Part shown: in pieces, positions 1-11,480 of the stretch
Layout of the letters: every line of letters begins with the position of its first letter
Numbering within the stretch: position 1 is the stretch's first letter
Assembly: GCA_028534125.1 (NCBI GenBank)
Contig: CM052817.1
Location: forward strand, 43,712,001 to 43,776,000
Source: Lama glama
Lineage: Eukaryota
Direction of reading: 5' to 3'
DNA length: 64,000 nt
Program-made: the position numbers and the translations under genes
Notes under the pieces: generated by a model
Told to the model about the DNA's origin: nothing
Seen by the model: only the letters and a program-made list of their open reading frames with translations
Databases searched by the model: none

Positions 1-154
1 AATCTGTAAGCTCAAGTCCCCGAATGACTCTGGAACAAAGACCCTGCCAACACTCAGTGGATAAGTAGTGTGAGAAATAAACTTTATTTTGTTAAGCAAC
101 GTAGATTTGGGGGTTGCTTGTTCCTTCAGAGTAACCTAGTCTATTCTGATGAAT
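1..154 (+). mobile_element. MaLR LTR (old MLT1-type) 3' end
   Basis: AAATAAACTTTATTTTGTTAAGCAAC..GATTTGGGGGTTGCTTGTT..TAACCTAGTCTATTCTGA resembles the MLT1 LTR 3' terminus, including its polyA signal. Confidence 0.7.
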
Positions 155-198
155 GCTGCCTTCCACTGTGTCAACTTCACCTTCTACTTGAATCTTGC

Positions 199-262
199 TT
201 TTTTTTTTTTTTGAGGTAATTAGGGTTTTTTTTTTTTTTAATGGAGGTACTAGGGAATGGGA
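199..262 (-). mobile_element. 5'-truncated tRNA-derived SINE, camelid type (3' tail only)
   Basis: polyT-GAGGTAATTAGG-polyT-AATGGAGGTACT is the reverse complement of the SINE 3' end AGTACCTCCATTAAAA..CCTAATTACCTC-polyA. Confidence 0.7.
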
Positions 263-345
263 TCCTGCTTTTAGATACAAAATAACTGCCAGCAGTTCTC
301 AAAGCGACATGCTTTTTTAAGTCCAATTTAAAGAGAAGTGATCCA

Positions 346-1292
346 CTAATTATCAGAGAAATGCAAATCAAAACTACAATGTGGTATCACCTCACACCAG
401 TCAGAATGGCCGTCATTCAAAAGTCCACAGATGATAAATGCTGGAGAGGCTGTGGAGAAAAAGGAACCCTCCAACACTGTTGGTGGGAATGCAGCTTGGT
501 GCAGCCATTGTGGAAAACAGTATGGAGATTCCTCAAAAGACTAGGAATAGACTTACCATATGACCCAGCAATCTGACTCCTCTCATATATCCAGAAGGAA
601 CCCTAATTCAAAATGACACCTGCACCCCAAAGTTCATATAGTAGCACTATTTACAATAGCTGAGACATGGAAACAGCCTAAATATCCATCGACAGATGAC
701 TGGATAAAGAAGTTGTGATATATTTATACAATGGAATACTATTCAGCCATAAAAATGACACCATAATGCCATTTGCAGCAATAATGATGTCCCTGGAGAA
801 TGTCATTCTAAGTGAAGTAAGCCAGAAAGAGAAAGAAAAATACCATATGAGATTGCTCATATGTGGAATCAAAAAAGAAGAAGAAGAAAGAAGAAAGAAG
901 AAGAAAGAAGGAGGAGGAGGAGGAGAAAGAGAAGAAGAAGAAGAAGAAGAAGAAGACAAATGAACTTAAATGTAAAACAGAAACAGATTCACAGACATAG
1001 AATGCAAACTTGTTGTTGCCAGGGGGAGGTGAGTGGGAAGGGACAGACTGGGAGCTCGACTGGTAGATACTGACAGGTATATATATAATATATAAACAAG
1101 TTTATACTGTACAGCACAGGGAAATATATCTTGTAGTAGCTTATGGTGAAAAAGAATATGAAAACAAATATATGTATATTCATGTATGACTGAAAAATTG
1201 TGCTGTACACCAGAAATTGACACAGCATGGTAAACAGACTATAACTCAATAAAAAAAAAACCTAAAAAAAATTTAAATTAAAATTAAAAAAA
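346..1292 (+). mobile_element. Young 5'-truncated LINE-1 (ORF2 C-terminus, 3'UTR, A-rich tail)
   Basis: ORF 361-576 encodes the L1 ORF2 Cys-rich domain ([19 protein letters not shown]). AATAAA and an A-rich tail follow. Flanked by a perfect direct repeat TAAAGAGAAGTGATCCA (329-345 and 1293-1309) at a TT/AAAG endonuclease-like site. Confidence 0.97.
871..956 (+). repeat. Purine-only (GAA)n/(GGA)n microsatellite inside the L1
   Basis: 86 nt containing only A and G. Confidence 0.95.
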
Positions 1293-1309
1293 TAAAGAGA
1301 AGTGATCCA

Positions 1310-1720
1310 GAACCATCTAAAAAAAAGCTAGGCATCTATTTTCTTCTGAACCCCCAGCAGACATTTCCCTGTGTTTCACTGGTTCACATTCACTCCTATG
1401 CTCATCCCTAAATCAACATGTTTAACAGAGTTTGGGATTTCATGAACTAGCGGAGATCTGAATCATAAGACATGCCCCATCCCTACAGTCAGGAACTGAG
1501 TTAAATTCTCCCCAAATTAGGGTGACTAATTTGTTGTCCAAACCAAGATATTTTAAAGAATGATAAAGAATGAATTCATAATTATTCCAGAATAACAGAC
1601 ACAAACCAGGGCTCCCAAAGGACATGGCTTCCTGGGGACAGTGTGGATACTTGAATGAAAAATTGGTAGTTAGTAAGAGAAAGTAGAATGGATATTGGGG
1701 AGATAACCACAATGGCCATT
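1310..1720 (-). mobile_element. Degraded old MLT1-type LTR (probably the host of the L1 at 346)
   Basis: CAGCAGACATTTCCCTGTGTTTCACTGG..ATGCTCATCCCTAAATCAA and GGATACTTGAATGAAAAATTGG..GAATGGATATTGGG resemble MLT1K/L antisense. Confidence 0.5.
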
Positions 1721-1750
1721 CTAAAAAAAATATTTTAATCACATACCACA

Positions 1751-2125
1751 TATCTTAGTCCATTTAGGCTGCTATAACGAAATGCCATAGACTGAGTGAC
1801 TTATAAACAACAGAAACTTATTGTCCACAGTTCTGGAGGCTGGGAAGTTCAAGATGAATGTGCAGGCAGATGCAGTGTCTGGTGAGGGCTTCCTGGTTCA
1901 TGGACAGTTGACTTCTGGCTGTAACCTCACATGGCAGAAAGGGAAGGAAGCTCTCTGGAGCCTCTTTTACAAGGGCACTAATCCCATTCATGATGAGTCC
2001 ACTCTCATGACCTAATCACCTCCCAAATGCCCCCCACTTCCAAATACCATCACGTTGGGTGTAGGTTTCAACATACAAATTGGGGCAGGAGTAGGGAGTG
2101 GGACACAAACATCTGGTCAATAGCA
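1751..2125 (-). mobile_element. MaLR solo LTR, MLT1A-like
   Basis: TCTTAGTCCATTTAGGCTGCTATAAC..TTCTGGAGGCTGGGAAGTTCAAGAT..CTAATCACCTCCCAAA..TAGCA; homologous to the opposite-strand copy at 10816-11175. Confidence 0.9.
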
Positions 2126-2514
2126 CATACGAAGATAATAAAGAGTCCTGAGGTAGTAATTATCAAATATCCTCTTTGAGGAAAAACTCAGCAGAGTGCC
2201 AAGCTTGCTCCTGAAGCCAACTTATTTTCAAGGTGTTCTTTCTGACATAACACAACTAGGAATCAACTTTAGTGAATTCAAGCCTCCTGATGTGTCCTGG
2301 GCTCCCCTATTCCCCACCACCAAGGCCTTTTAATGACCTCAAAGCAGAAATGACAAAGAGCAACATAGCCCACATTCTCAGAAGTAAACTCATGGCTTTG
2401 AGATTATTTTCACTGCAATCCAAAGATACTGGCCTCCACAAACCAAGGAGAGAGACTGTGCTATCTCATGAAGCCCAGGAAGTAATACCTAGGATGCAAT
2501 CTAAGTTCTAAGAC

Positions 2515-2695
2515 TGAGTGGTTGACCAACTTCAGATAAAGTCATTAATAGATCTCCTAAGTCCTCATCTGTACTAGGGAGATAATAATACTTGGGATCT
2601 ACTTATCAAACAGGTTTGGAGGCTCATATTAGGAAAATAGATATGAAAATATTTTGAAACATTAAGAGCACTATACGAGTGATTATTATGATTAT
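2515..2695 (+). mobile_element. MIR SINE (degraded)
   Basis: Core-like TCCTCATCTGTACTAGGGAGATAATAATA and 3' GAAAATATTTTGAAAC..AGCACTATAC. Confidence 0.6.
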
Positions 2696-4259
2696 TAAGA
2701 ATTTTCAGCTGGCTCAGGCATTTTTAAGTGTGAGGCAGTTTTAACGCTGTGAATAATCATCTTTAGTAATTGGATGTGTAAATGTACCCAGAGGTCTATT
2801 TCAGCAGGCTATTCAGATAAATCAAAACTGATGATGATGTTGATGATGATAATTATGATACTTCTTTAATAGTGAATGAGAAGCAAAGCAAAGGTAATGA
2901 TCCCATACCTTGATCCATGGAAAACTAAGTAGCTTTTAGTGTCTTTATTTTTTAAAGATTTCCAATGATGATATAATCAGAGTCACAACTTTTACTATCA
3001 TTGTGAATCTGGTATGTTTGCTCATATTAATCCATTAACATTTAATTTTGCTCTCTTTATCTCTTATCCTATAAGCATCTAGTAACATCTGAACTGCAAT
3101 AAGTCTGGCTTCAGTGCCCCTGGAATGATTCAATCTTAAAGTGATTGTGGATTTTGAAAAGACAGGGAGAAACTGGCCTTGGGTTCTCATGGGAGTCCCC
3201 TGGCAGACAGGCAGTCCTGAACCTGCTGTCATTTTTAGGAGGCTGTAGAGTTGAGAAATACTTCCCATGTGGGCACAAGACAAAAAGGAAAGTGGGAAAG
3301 TGACAGTGAAGAACCATGACCCCGTGTCTCTTCATATCTTGTTTAGAACTAAAAAGTGTGCAGAATTTGAGAGTGCCTCTGAGATAGGAGAAATGTTGGT
3401 ATCTCCTTGAGTTGGCTCTCTATTAACCAACTTCAGCTTCCTTCTTTAGCATCCTCCATTATGCCTCTCCTCACCAAAACATATCAGTATGAATCTGAAC
3501 CAGTGATACATCAAATGTAGTATTAGTATAGAAGATTTAACTTGCAATGAAGTGAGGCCAAATCTTTTAATAAAATGTAAAGATATGTAACTGCCTTAAT
3601 TTACATATGATGTTGTAGTCAGAGAGACCTGTTGCAAGAAAGAGAGCCCACTCAAACAAGTTAAAGGGAAAGAACTGCTGTAAAAATGAAATTAATTTCA
3701 TAGATGTCCAAAGACAGAACCAAGTTTATGTGTATATGTACCTTTATGATCTAGCATGGCTAGAATTGCATGATTTTTCTGTATACTCCCCCATAGAAAA
3801 AAACTGGAAAAAATGTTTTCTATTCTGATTTTCTAAAATGTATTTGAAAATAAAGAGGGCATTTGTTTTCACCCATAACTCTATTTATAAATCCTCTTAT
3901 AGTCTGAATATATTAAAAGACTGAAAGCTTTGAATTGAACTGGAAAGTTGTTCATATGATGCTACTTTACATATGCCACCAAAAACAGTCTCAGTTGTCT
4001 TCATTTTCAATACAATTGTGGGGATTCCATAAATGGCTGCCTATATCAGTTAAAAATAAATAACACTCTGATGGATAGTCACATTAATTAGTGTTATCCA
4101 TAGCATAAAGCACTGCACCCAGAGTAATGCCTTTTTAACTTAGGCAGTTATAGAGTACCCCAGCTGCCTGCCTGCCCAGTGCCCATGTAATTGGAAGGAG
4201 TCTTACCTACATTTATCCATAGAGCTCTTTAGTTTTGGGTCTCTGAGAAAAGAACCATA

Positions 4260-6013
4260 GCTTGAAACAGAAATTTAAAGATGAACAAACAAAATAACCT
4301 ATCCCAGAGCAAAAAGTGTTATGTAAGAAATGCAAGGAAACTGTTGAAAAGATTAAGTTTATATCCTCAGGGTTATTTCAAAGGATAATATTTTTGTAAA
4401 ACAAGCTCTGACATGTATGAAAAAAGAGCAGTCAAGAACATAAAAGAGTTTTGGGAAAATACATAATTTCCAAAATAAGAAAAACTTTAGGAAAGATTTG
4501 AACAATAAAACATACAAAGCTGAAGACTTTAATCAGTAGCCTAAAAGATAAAACTGATGACATTTTCAAAATTTAAAGGAGTAAAATACAATATAGCTCC
4601 AGGAAACCAAATATCTGTTCAAAACGAGTTCTCAGTGGAGGAAATAAAGAAAACATAAGGAAAGAAGCAGTCAAAGAACAGTAGCTACTCTTGCTGGGAA
4701 AATGAGAACCTAAGCACAGAGTGTCTCTCTCCCAACTGATTAGTGATACAATTAATGCAGAAAGGGCCTTGGGACTGGGGAAGCGAATGAAGAAAGTGTG
4801 GCCTACTGTGGATTCAATGTCCTAGAAAGGCAGTTTTTTAGCCTGGTTAGGGCAGCTCCTGCACAGCATCATTTACAAAGCTGAAAGGATCAGAGATCAG
4901 GCCTTCAAGGAGAAGGCCTATCACTCTGGTGGAAATTGAAGTAGTTTATTGATTTTGCATCTACTAAAATAAGGCCTGATTGTTTTTGCCTAATGGATAA
5001 CTCCAACATAAGGAAATCATCTAGTTCTACTGTTGCAGGCCACTCATAGGAGGAATTGTACCACTGGTCTGAACTGCCCCCTTTGTTGTAGCTGAAGAAG
5101 GACCACACCCCATCTCCCAAACAGACACACTCAAACTTGAGGATGCTGACAGCATGTCAAGTTCCACTCACTGCTGCCTCATGAGAAAAGTTTCCTTACT
5201 AACTCTCATTTCCTGCCCTCCACCATGGACTGAGAGATCCCAACAGGCTGACTTACACATGCACTGATATGGGAAAGTGAAGAAGGATCTCTGATTATTT
5301 ATGGGGCTTGGTAGCTTGAAGGAGGAATAACAGGGCTGAAAAAAAATCAAAACAAAACCAAACCAGGACAGATGTTTCCCATGAGGAAACTAAAATAGAG
5401 AGAAAAAACAATTTAAGAAAAAAATATTACACAACAGTGGCATAGAAAAACATTGGTAAATGAAGAATCAGAAAACCAAAAATATTTATTTGAAAAAGAC
5501 TTTTTTTTTAAAACTATAATACTTGAGTTTTAAAATTCATTAGAGAAACACCAGAATAGATACTTCTGGAAATAAACAAGTATGAAAGATCAAAGAGAGG
5601 AACTATAACACAACAAAGCCCCCAAATATAAAGGTTGGAAGTTTTTAATAAAAAGATATGGAAGACAGATCCAGAAGAGTTGAAACAAAACAATGCACAT
5701 TCCAAGAGGTAAACAGAGAACATACAAAGGAGAAGTTTAAAAAGAGAACAGAAGAGTTTGCTTTTTAGATTAAATGTGCCAAGCATAATTAATTTTTAAT
5801 GACATATTTTGACTAAATCTGATTAAAGTATGAATGCCCAAGATAAAAAGAAAATCTCATAGTTTCAGACATTCACACACACACACACACACAGGTTAAC
5901 TTAGGGAAGAACACCACAATGGATTTCTCACCTGCAACTCTGGAAGAAAGGGAAAAATATTTTCAGGCTTTCCAGAGAAAAGAAGTAAGACTCAAGAATT
6001 CTTTATCAGCCTA
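4260..6013 (+). mobile_element. Ancient L1M/HAL1-like 5'/ORF1 remnants
   Basis: A-rich coiled-coil-like sequence with GAAGACAGATCCAGAAGA. CAAGAATTCTTTATCAGCCT resembles the ORF1 PRILYPAKL motif. The element appears to continue after the younger L1 insertion. Confidence 0.5.
5874..5893 (+). repeat. (CA)n microsatellite
   Basis: About 10 CA units. Confidence 0.9.
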
Positions 6014-8345
6014 AACCAAAGGAGGGAACATATAGAGGGAATATATCTCAACATAATAAAGGCTATTTATGACAAACTTATAGCAAGTATAATACTCAAC
6101 AGTGAAAAGTTGAAAGCATTCCCACTAAAATCTGGAACAAGACAATGATGCTCACTCTCAACACTTCTATTCAACATAGTATTGGAAGTCCTAGCCATAG
6201 CAATTAGACAAGAAAAAGAAATAAAAGGGATCCAAATTGGAAGAGAAGAGGTAACATTGTCATTATATGTCATTATATGGGATGACATGATATTATATAT
6301 AGAAAACCCTAAAGGCTCCACACAAAAACTACTAGAGCTGATAAAAGAATTCAGCAAGGTAGCAGGATATAAGATTAACATACAGAAATCAGTGGCATTT
6401 CTTTACACTAACAATGAAATATCAGAAAAGTAAAGAAATAATCCCTTTTAAAATTGCATCCAAAAAAATAAAATACTTAGGACTAAATCTGACCAAGGAA
6501 GTTAAAGACTTATACACAGAGAACTACAAAATACTGACCAAGGAAATTAAAGATTACTTAAAGAAATGGAAAAATATCCCATGTTCTTGGATTGTAAGAA
6601 TTAATATTGTTAAAATGGCCATACTACCCAAAGCAATCTATAGATTTAATACAATTCCTATCAAATTATCCATGACATTATTCACAGAACTAGAACAAAT
6701 AATCCTAAGATTTATATAGAATCACAGAAAATCCAGAATTGCCAAAGCAATATTGAAGAAAAAGAACGAAGCTGGAGGAAAAACCCTCTCAGACTTCAGA
6801 CAATACTACAGAGCTACAGTAATCAAAATAGCGTGGTATTAGGACAAAAACAGACATATGGATTAATGGAACAGAATAGACAGCCCAGAAATAAACCCAC
6901 AGACTTTGGTCAATTAATCTTTGGCAAAGAAGACAAGAAAATACAATGGAGTAAAGATAGTTTCTTCAGCAAATGGCATTGGGAAAACTGAACAGCTGCA
7001 TGTAAATCAATGAAGTTAGAATACTCCCTCACACCATACACAAAATAAACTCAAAATGGCTTAAAGACTTAAATATAAGACAAGACACTATAAACCTCTT
7101 TGAAGAAAACATAGGCAAAACATTATCTGACATAAATCTCAGCAACATTTTCCTAGGGCACTCTACTCAGGCAACAGAAATAAAAGCAAAAACAAACAAA
7201 TGGGACCTAATTAAATTCATATGCTTTTGAATACCAAAGGTAACCATAAGCAAAACAAAGACAAACCTGCGGAATGGGAGAAAATATCTGCAAAAGATAA
7301 GACTGCCAAAGGTTTAATTTCCAGAATATATAAATAGCTCATACAACTTAATAACAACAACAACAACAAAAACCCAAACAACCCAATACAAAAATGGGCA
7401 GAAGACCTAAACAAGCAATTTTCCAATGAAGGCATACAAATGACCAGTAGGCATATGAAAAAAAATGCTCAATATCGCTAATTATCAGAGGAATACAAAT
7501 CAAAACTATAGTGAAGTATCACCTCACACCAGTCAGAATGGCCATCATTCAAAAGTCCAACAATGATAAATGATGGAGAGGGTGTGGAGAAAAGGGAACC
7601 TTCCTAGACTGCTGGTGGGAATGTAGTTTGGTACAGATATTAGGGAAAACAGTATAGAGATTCCTCAAAAAACTAAATATAGACTTACCATATGATCCAG
7701 CAATCCCACTCCTGGGCATATATCTGGGGGGAACTTTAATTTGGAAAGATACATGTACCCCAATGTTCATAGTAGCTCTATATTCAATAGCCAAGACATG
7801 GTAACAACCTAAATGTCCACCTACAGATGACTGGATAAAGAAATTGTGGTATATTTATAAAACGGAAAACTACTCAGCCATTAAAAATAATAAAATAATG
7901 CCATTTGCAGCAACATGGATGGAACTGGAGATTGTCATTCTAAGTGAAGTAAACCAGAAAGAGAAAGAAAAATACCATATGATATCACTTATATGTGGAA
8001 TCTAAAAAAAAAAAAATGAACTTATTTACAAAACAGAAACAGACTCACACTCACAGACATAGAAAACAAATTTACGGTTACCAGGGAAGAAAGGAGGTGG
8101 AAAGGGATAAATTGGGAGTTTGAGATTTGTAATACTAACTACTATATATAAAATAGATAAATAAGTTCATACTGTGTAGCACAGGAACCATATTCAGTAT
8201 CTTGTAGTAACCTATGGTCAAAAACAATATGAAAAATAATATATGTATGTATATGTCTGACTGAACTATTATGCTGTACACCAGAAACTGACACAACATT
8301 GTAAACTGACTACACTTCAATTTTTTTAAAAATTATTTTAAAAAA
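6014..8345 (+). mobile_element. 5'-truncated LINE-1, ~2.3 kb (ORF2 RT domain to 3'UTR), disrupted
   Basis: ORFs 6182-6433 (RT core region, [11 protein letters not shown]) and 6414-6719 ([28 protein letters not shown]). 3'UTR similar to the other young copies. TSD AAGAATTCTTTATCAGCCTA (5994-6013) vs AAGAATTCTTTGCCAGCCTA (8346-8365), 18/20 identical. Confidence 0.96.
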
Positions 8346-8365
8346 AAGAATTCTTTGCCAGCCTA

Positions 8366-9740
8366 GATATCATCTCCATGAAAGAGTAAGAGAATAAATT
8401 TTATATAATCTCAGAATATACTACCTATGTATCTTTCTTAGGCAACAAATAAGCAAAGAGAAAATTAATTCAGTACAAATAATCTCAAGTTAGTAAAAGA
8501 CTGAGTGTACAAGAAACAACAGTGAGCAAAAAAATTCCTAGTTTTTAAAAACTGAAAAAAGGTATTAAATTAAAACTTAATGATGATAGTGCAATTTTAA
8601 AGTAGAAAATGGATGTTGAATAAGGGTCATAAAAAGTAAAAAGGCATAATTCAAGGGAAAGTAAACACTAGTTTAGAGCTAAAATGCCAATAATACCTAG
8701 AAATCAGAGTTAAGGAAAAAGAAGTTTTGAAATAAAAATTTATTAGAAGGGGTGGGGAGTCAGAAGAGGAAATAGGGAAATACAGTGGTGAAGACCATTG
8801 ATCTATTTTAGTTTTGGAATGTTAAATTAGAGATCCAGAGCAGAATTTTGAAATTATTTTGGGGAGTGAGAGACAGGAGGGGTAAGACAGTAGACGTAGG
8901 GAGAACAGAACAGAATCAGATTTTCTTGACCAAAAAGAGTGAAGGATGTATTTGCTTTTCAAACACACAAAGAACAGTTATAATCATTGTCCACATATTG
9001 TCATAAATAAAATCCTAAAAAATTCAAGAAAAAAATACTAACATATTCTCTAACAACCACAATAAAAGTAGGCACTGACAAGAGAAGAATAATTTTTCAT
9101 TATAGGTTACTACAAGATATTGAATATAGTTCCCTGTGCCATACATTATAAGGTTGTTGTTTATCTATTTTATATATAGCAATCAGAATATGAAAACAAA
9201 TATATGTATGTACATGTATGAGTGAAACATTATGCTATACACCAGAAATTGATGCAACATTGTAAACTGACTATATGCTTCAATAAAAAAAGAATGCAAA
9301 AAAAGAATAATTTTATATTAAATATGTGCACTGAGAGATTTAGAAGCACTCCTTTAAATAACTCTTGGTTTAAAGAAGGTATCAAAACCAAAGTTACAAA
9401 CTATAGAAAAACTAATGACAAAGAAAATTGCTTATCAAAGCTTATGTGATAGAGTTTAATATGATATGATATCCAAAACAAGAAATGAAGAATAGTTACA
9501 GCTTAAAGGAATTTATTAAAAGAAATAAAGATCAAAAACTGAAAAAGCCAACATTTTAACTCAAGAATCAAGAAAAAATGTTGAAGTCCAGAGAAATTCA
9601 AGAAATGTATTAATAAATACAAAAACATAAGTTAAATACAAAACAAAGTACATACCATTAAAACCAAAAGCATAGTTTTTTTGGAAAAAAAACTAATAGA
9701 ATAGCAACATCTTGCAATTTAGAAAAAAAGAGAGATGACA
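8366..9740 (+). mobile_element. Ancient L1M remnants (end of ORF1 and start of ORF2), interrupted at 9097-9302
   Basis: CTCCTTTAAATAACTCTTGGTTTAAAGAAG matches the ORF2 motif LLNNxWxKEE (ORF 9222-9449: TPLNNSWFKEGIK); A-rich. Confidence 0.55.
9097..9302 (+). mobile_element. Short 5'-inverted (twin-primed) young L1 3'UTR insertion
   Basis: 9097-9180 is L1 3'UTR in antisense; 9185-9302 is the adjacent 3'UTR in sense with an A tail. TSD AAGAATAATTTT at 9085-9096 and 9303-9314. Confidence 0.88.
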
Positions 9741-9744
9741 AGTA

Positions 9745-10350
9745 TAACTGCCTTCTCCAAGACATTAAGAAGTTCATTGATGAAGTGAGCCCTGGTATCC
9801 TTGAAGAGCCTTGTGGTGACTATTCTTTGCAAGCCAGTATGATAAAAGCTGTCATCTAACTGGACTCTATAAATTCAGTGAGGATGATGGGATGCTAGGG
9901 TGGCAGGGAGCAAGTTACAGCATTTAATCCTCAAAGACAAGGCTGCTATGGTTACTAGAATGAAAGCAGAACCAAAGTAGTCATGAGGATGTTTAGACTT
10001 GCTTAGAGCTTTTCGTGTTGGCTATCTGATCACAGTGTCCTTACAGCTGAGATAGATAAGCAGTGAACTAAAGTCTTTCTTGATTTATGTAAGTGAGAGA
10101 CCTCTAGATTTATTTTCAGTCTAACTTAAACCACTACAACAGGAATTATGGATCCTCAACCAATTTCCAGGCTCAAAGCCCCCTGAATGAAGGGGAGGCT
10201 AGTGTTCTCTTGAGGAAATATGTTGCTAACCAGCCGAAAACGTACATGGCAAATCTTCCTTCTAGATCCCAAAATAAACTTGGTGTCATTTAGCAGGCAG
10301 ACTGCACAGGAGAAGGAAAATAATCAGAATTTGAGGATTTATAGACATCG
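9745..10350 (+). mobile_element. ERV-L internal remnant (gag 3' half to protease start)
   Basis: ATCCTTGAAGAGCCTTGTGGTG, CAAAGACAAGG, CCTCAACCAATTTCCAG..CCCCTGAATGAAGGGGAGGC and GGAAAATAATCAGA resemble ERV-L gag/pro as recalled; no intact ORF. Confidence 0.75.
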
Positions 10351-10815
10351 TGATCTAGCACCCTTAGGCTCTATTTCCATAATTATTTATCTGATTTATA
10401 GTGTGACTATTTTGGTGCATATGGTGTCTCCTCATGGGTCATTGTACCTCACCCTTTGGGGTGTGAAGAGTCTTGGGTCTGGTGGTAGGTCTAGCAGCAA
10501 TGGGAGGTAGTAGGGGGAGGTCCTAAAGGAGATCAACATTCTCCTGCAAACTAATTCACAGGAGGGCATTTCAGACTCTCAGGCAAAGGAAAACTAACTA
10601 CTTCAGTCAGGGGAGATGTTATTCCATCACATCCCACCATCTCCAAAAGTCTTCACCCATTACAGGTGCAAAATCTTATCTATGTACCATCAACTCGAAA
10701 GTCCCAAATCTTACCACTGAAGTTCAAATATGAGTGGGATTCTGGATATAATCCAGTCTAGGGCAAAATTCTCCTCCATTCATGGACTTGTGAAACTAGA
10801 AAACTATTTATATGC

Positions 10816-11175
10816 TGTTATGGTTTGAATGTGTCCTCCAAAATTCACATGTTAATCCTAACCCCCAAGGTGATGGTAAGAGAAGATGGGGCTTTGGAGT
10901 GGTGATTAGATCATGAGGGTGGAGCCCTCAGGAATGAGATTAGTGACCTTATAAAAGAGGCCCAAGAAAGCTTCCTTGCCCCCTTCTACCATGTGATAAC
11001 ACAGCCAGAAATTGCTGTCAATGAACCAGGAAGTGTGCTCTCCCCTGATACCAAACCTGCTAGCATCTTGATCTTGGAATTCCCAGACTCCAGGACTGTG
11101 AGCAATAAATTTCTGTTGTTTACAAGCCACTCAGCCTACGGAATTTTATTACAGCAACCCTAACAGACTAAGATA
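10816..11175 (+). mobile_element. MLT1A-like solo LTR nested in MLT1-int
   Basis: TGTTATGGTTTGAATGTGTCCTCC...AATAAATTTCTGTTGTTTACAAGCCAC...ACTAAGATA; 5-bp TSD TATGC at 10811-10815 and 11176-11180. Confidence 0.93.
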
Positions 11176-11367
11176 TATGCCCGCAAAATATGATATTTGA
11201 AAATGCATAGGATAACAGTTATAGACATTCCCATTTTGAAAGGGAAGAAGAAAGTCATTTGTCCTAAGCAATTCCAAAATCCAACTGGTCAACCTTCATT
11301 AGGTTTAAAAGCTCAGGAATTAACCTCTGTAGCTCAGGCCTCTGACTTCTGGACTCAAAGTCATCCT

Positions 11368-11480
11368 ATATATACATAACTGAATCACTGTGCTTGTACA
11401 CCAGAAATTAACACAAAATTGTAAATTGACTATACTTCAATAAAAAATAAATATGTACAAAAATTACATAAATAAAAAAA
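11368..11480 (+). mobile_element. Tiny young L1 3' tail nested in MLT1-int
   Basis: TGTACACCAGAAATTAACACAAAATTGTAAATTGACTATACTTCAATAAAAAA; TSD AAAGTCATCCT at 11357-11367 and 11481-11491. Confidence 0.92.

Noticed and set aside
678..1073. ORFs with poly-S/P/F, poly-E/G/K and poly-R runs
   Set aside because: Translations of the GAA/GGA microsatellite inside an L1, not genes.
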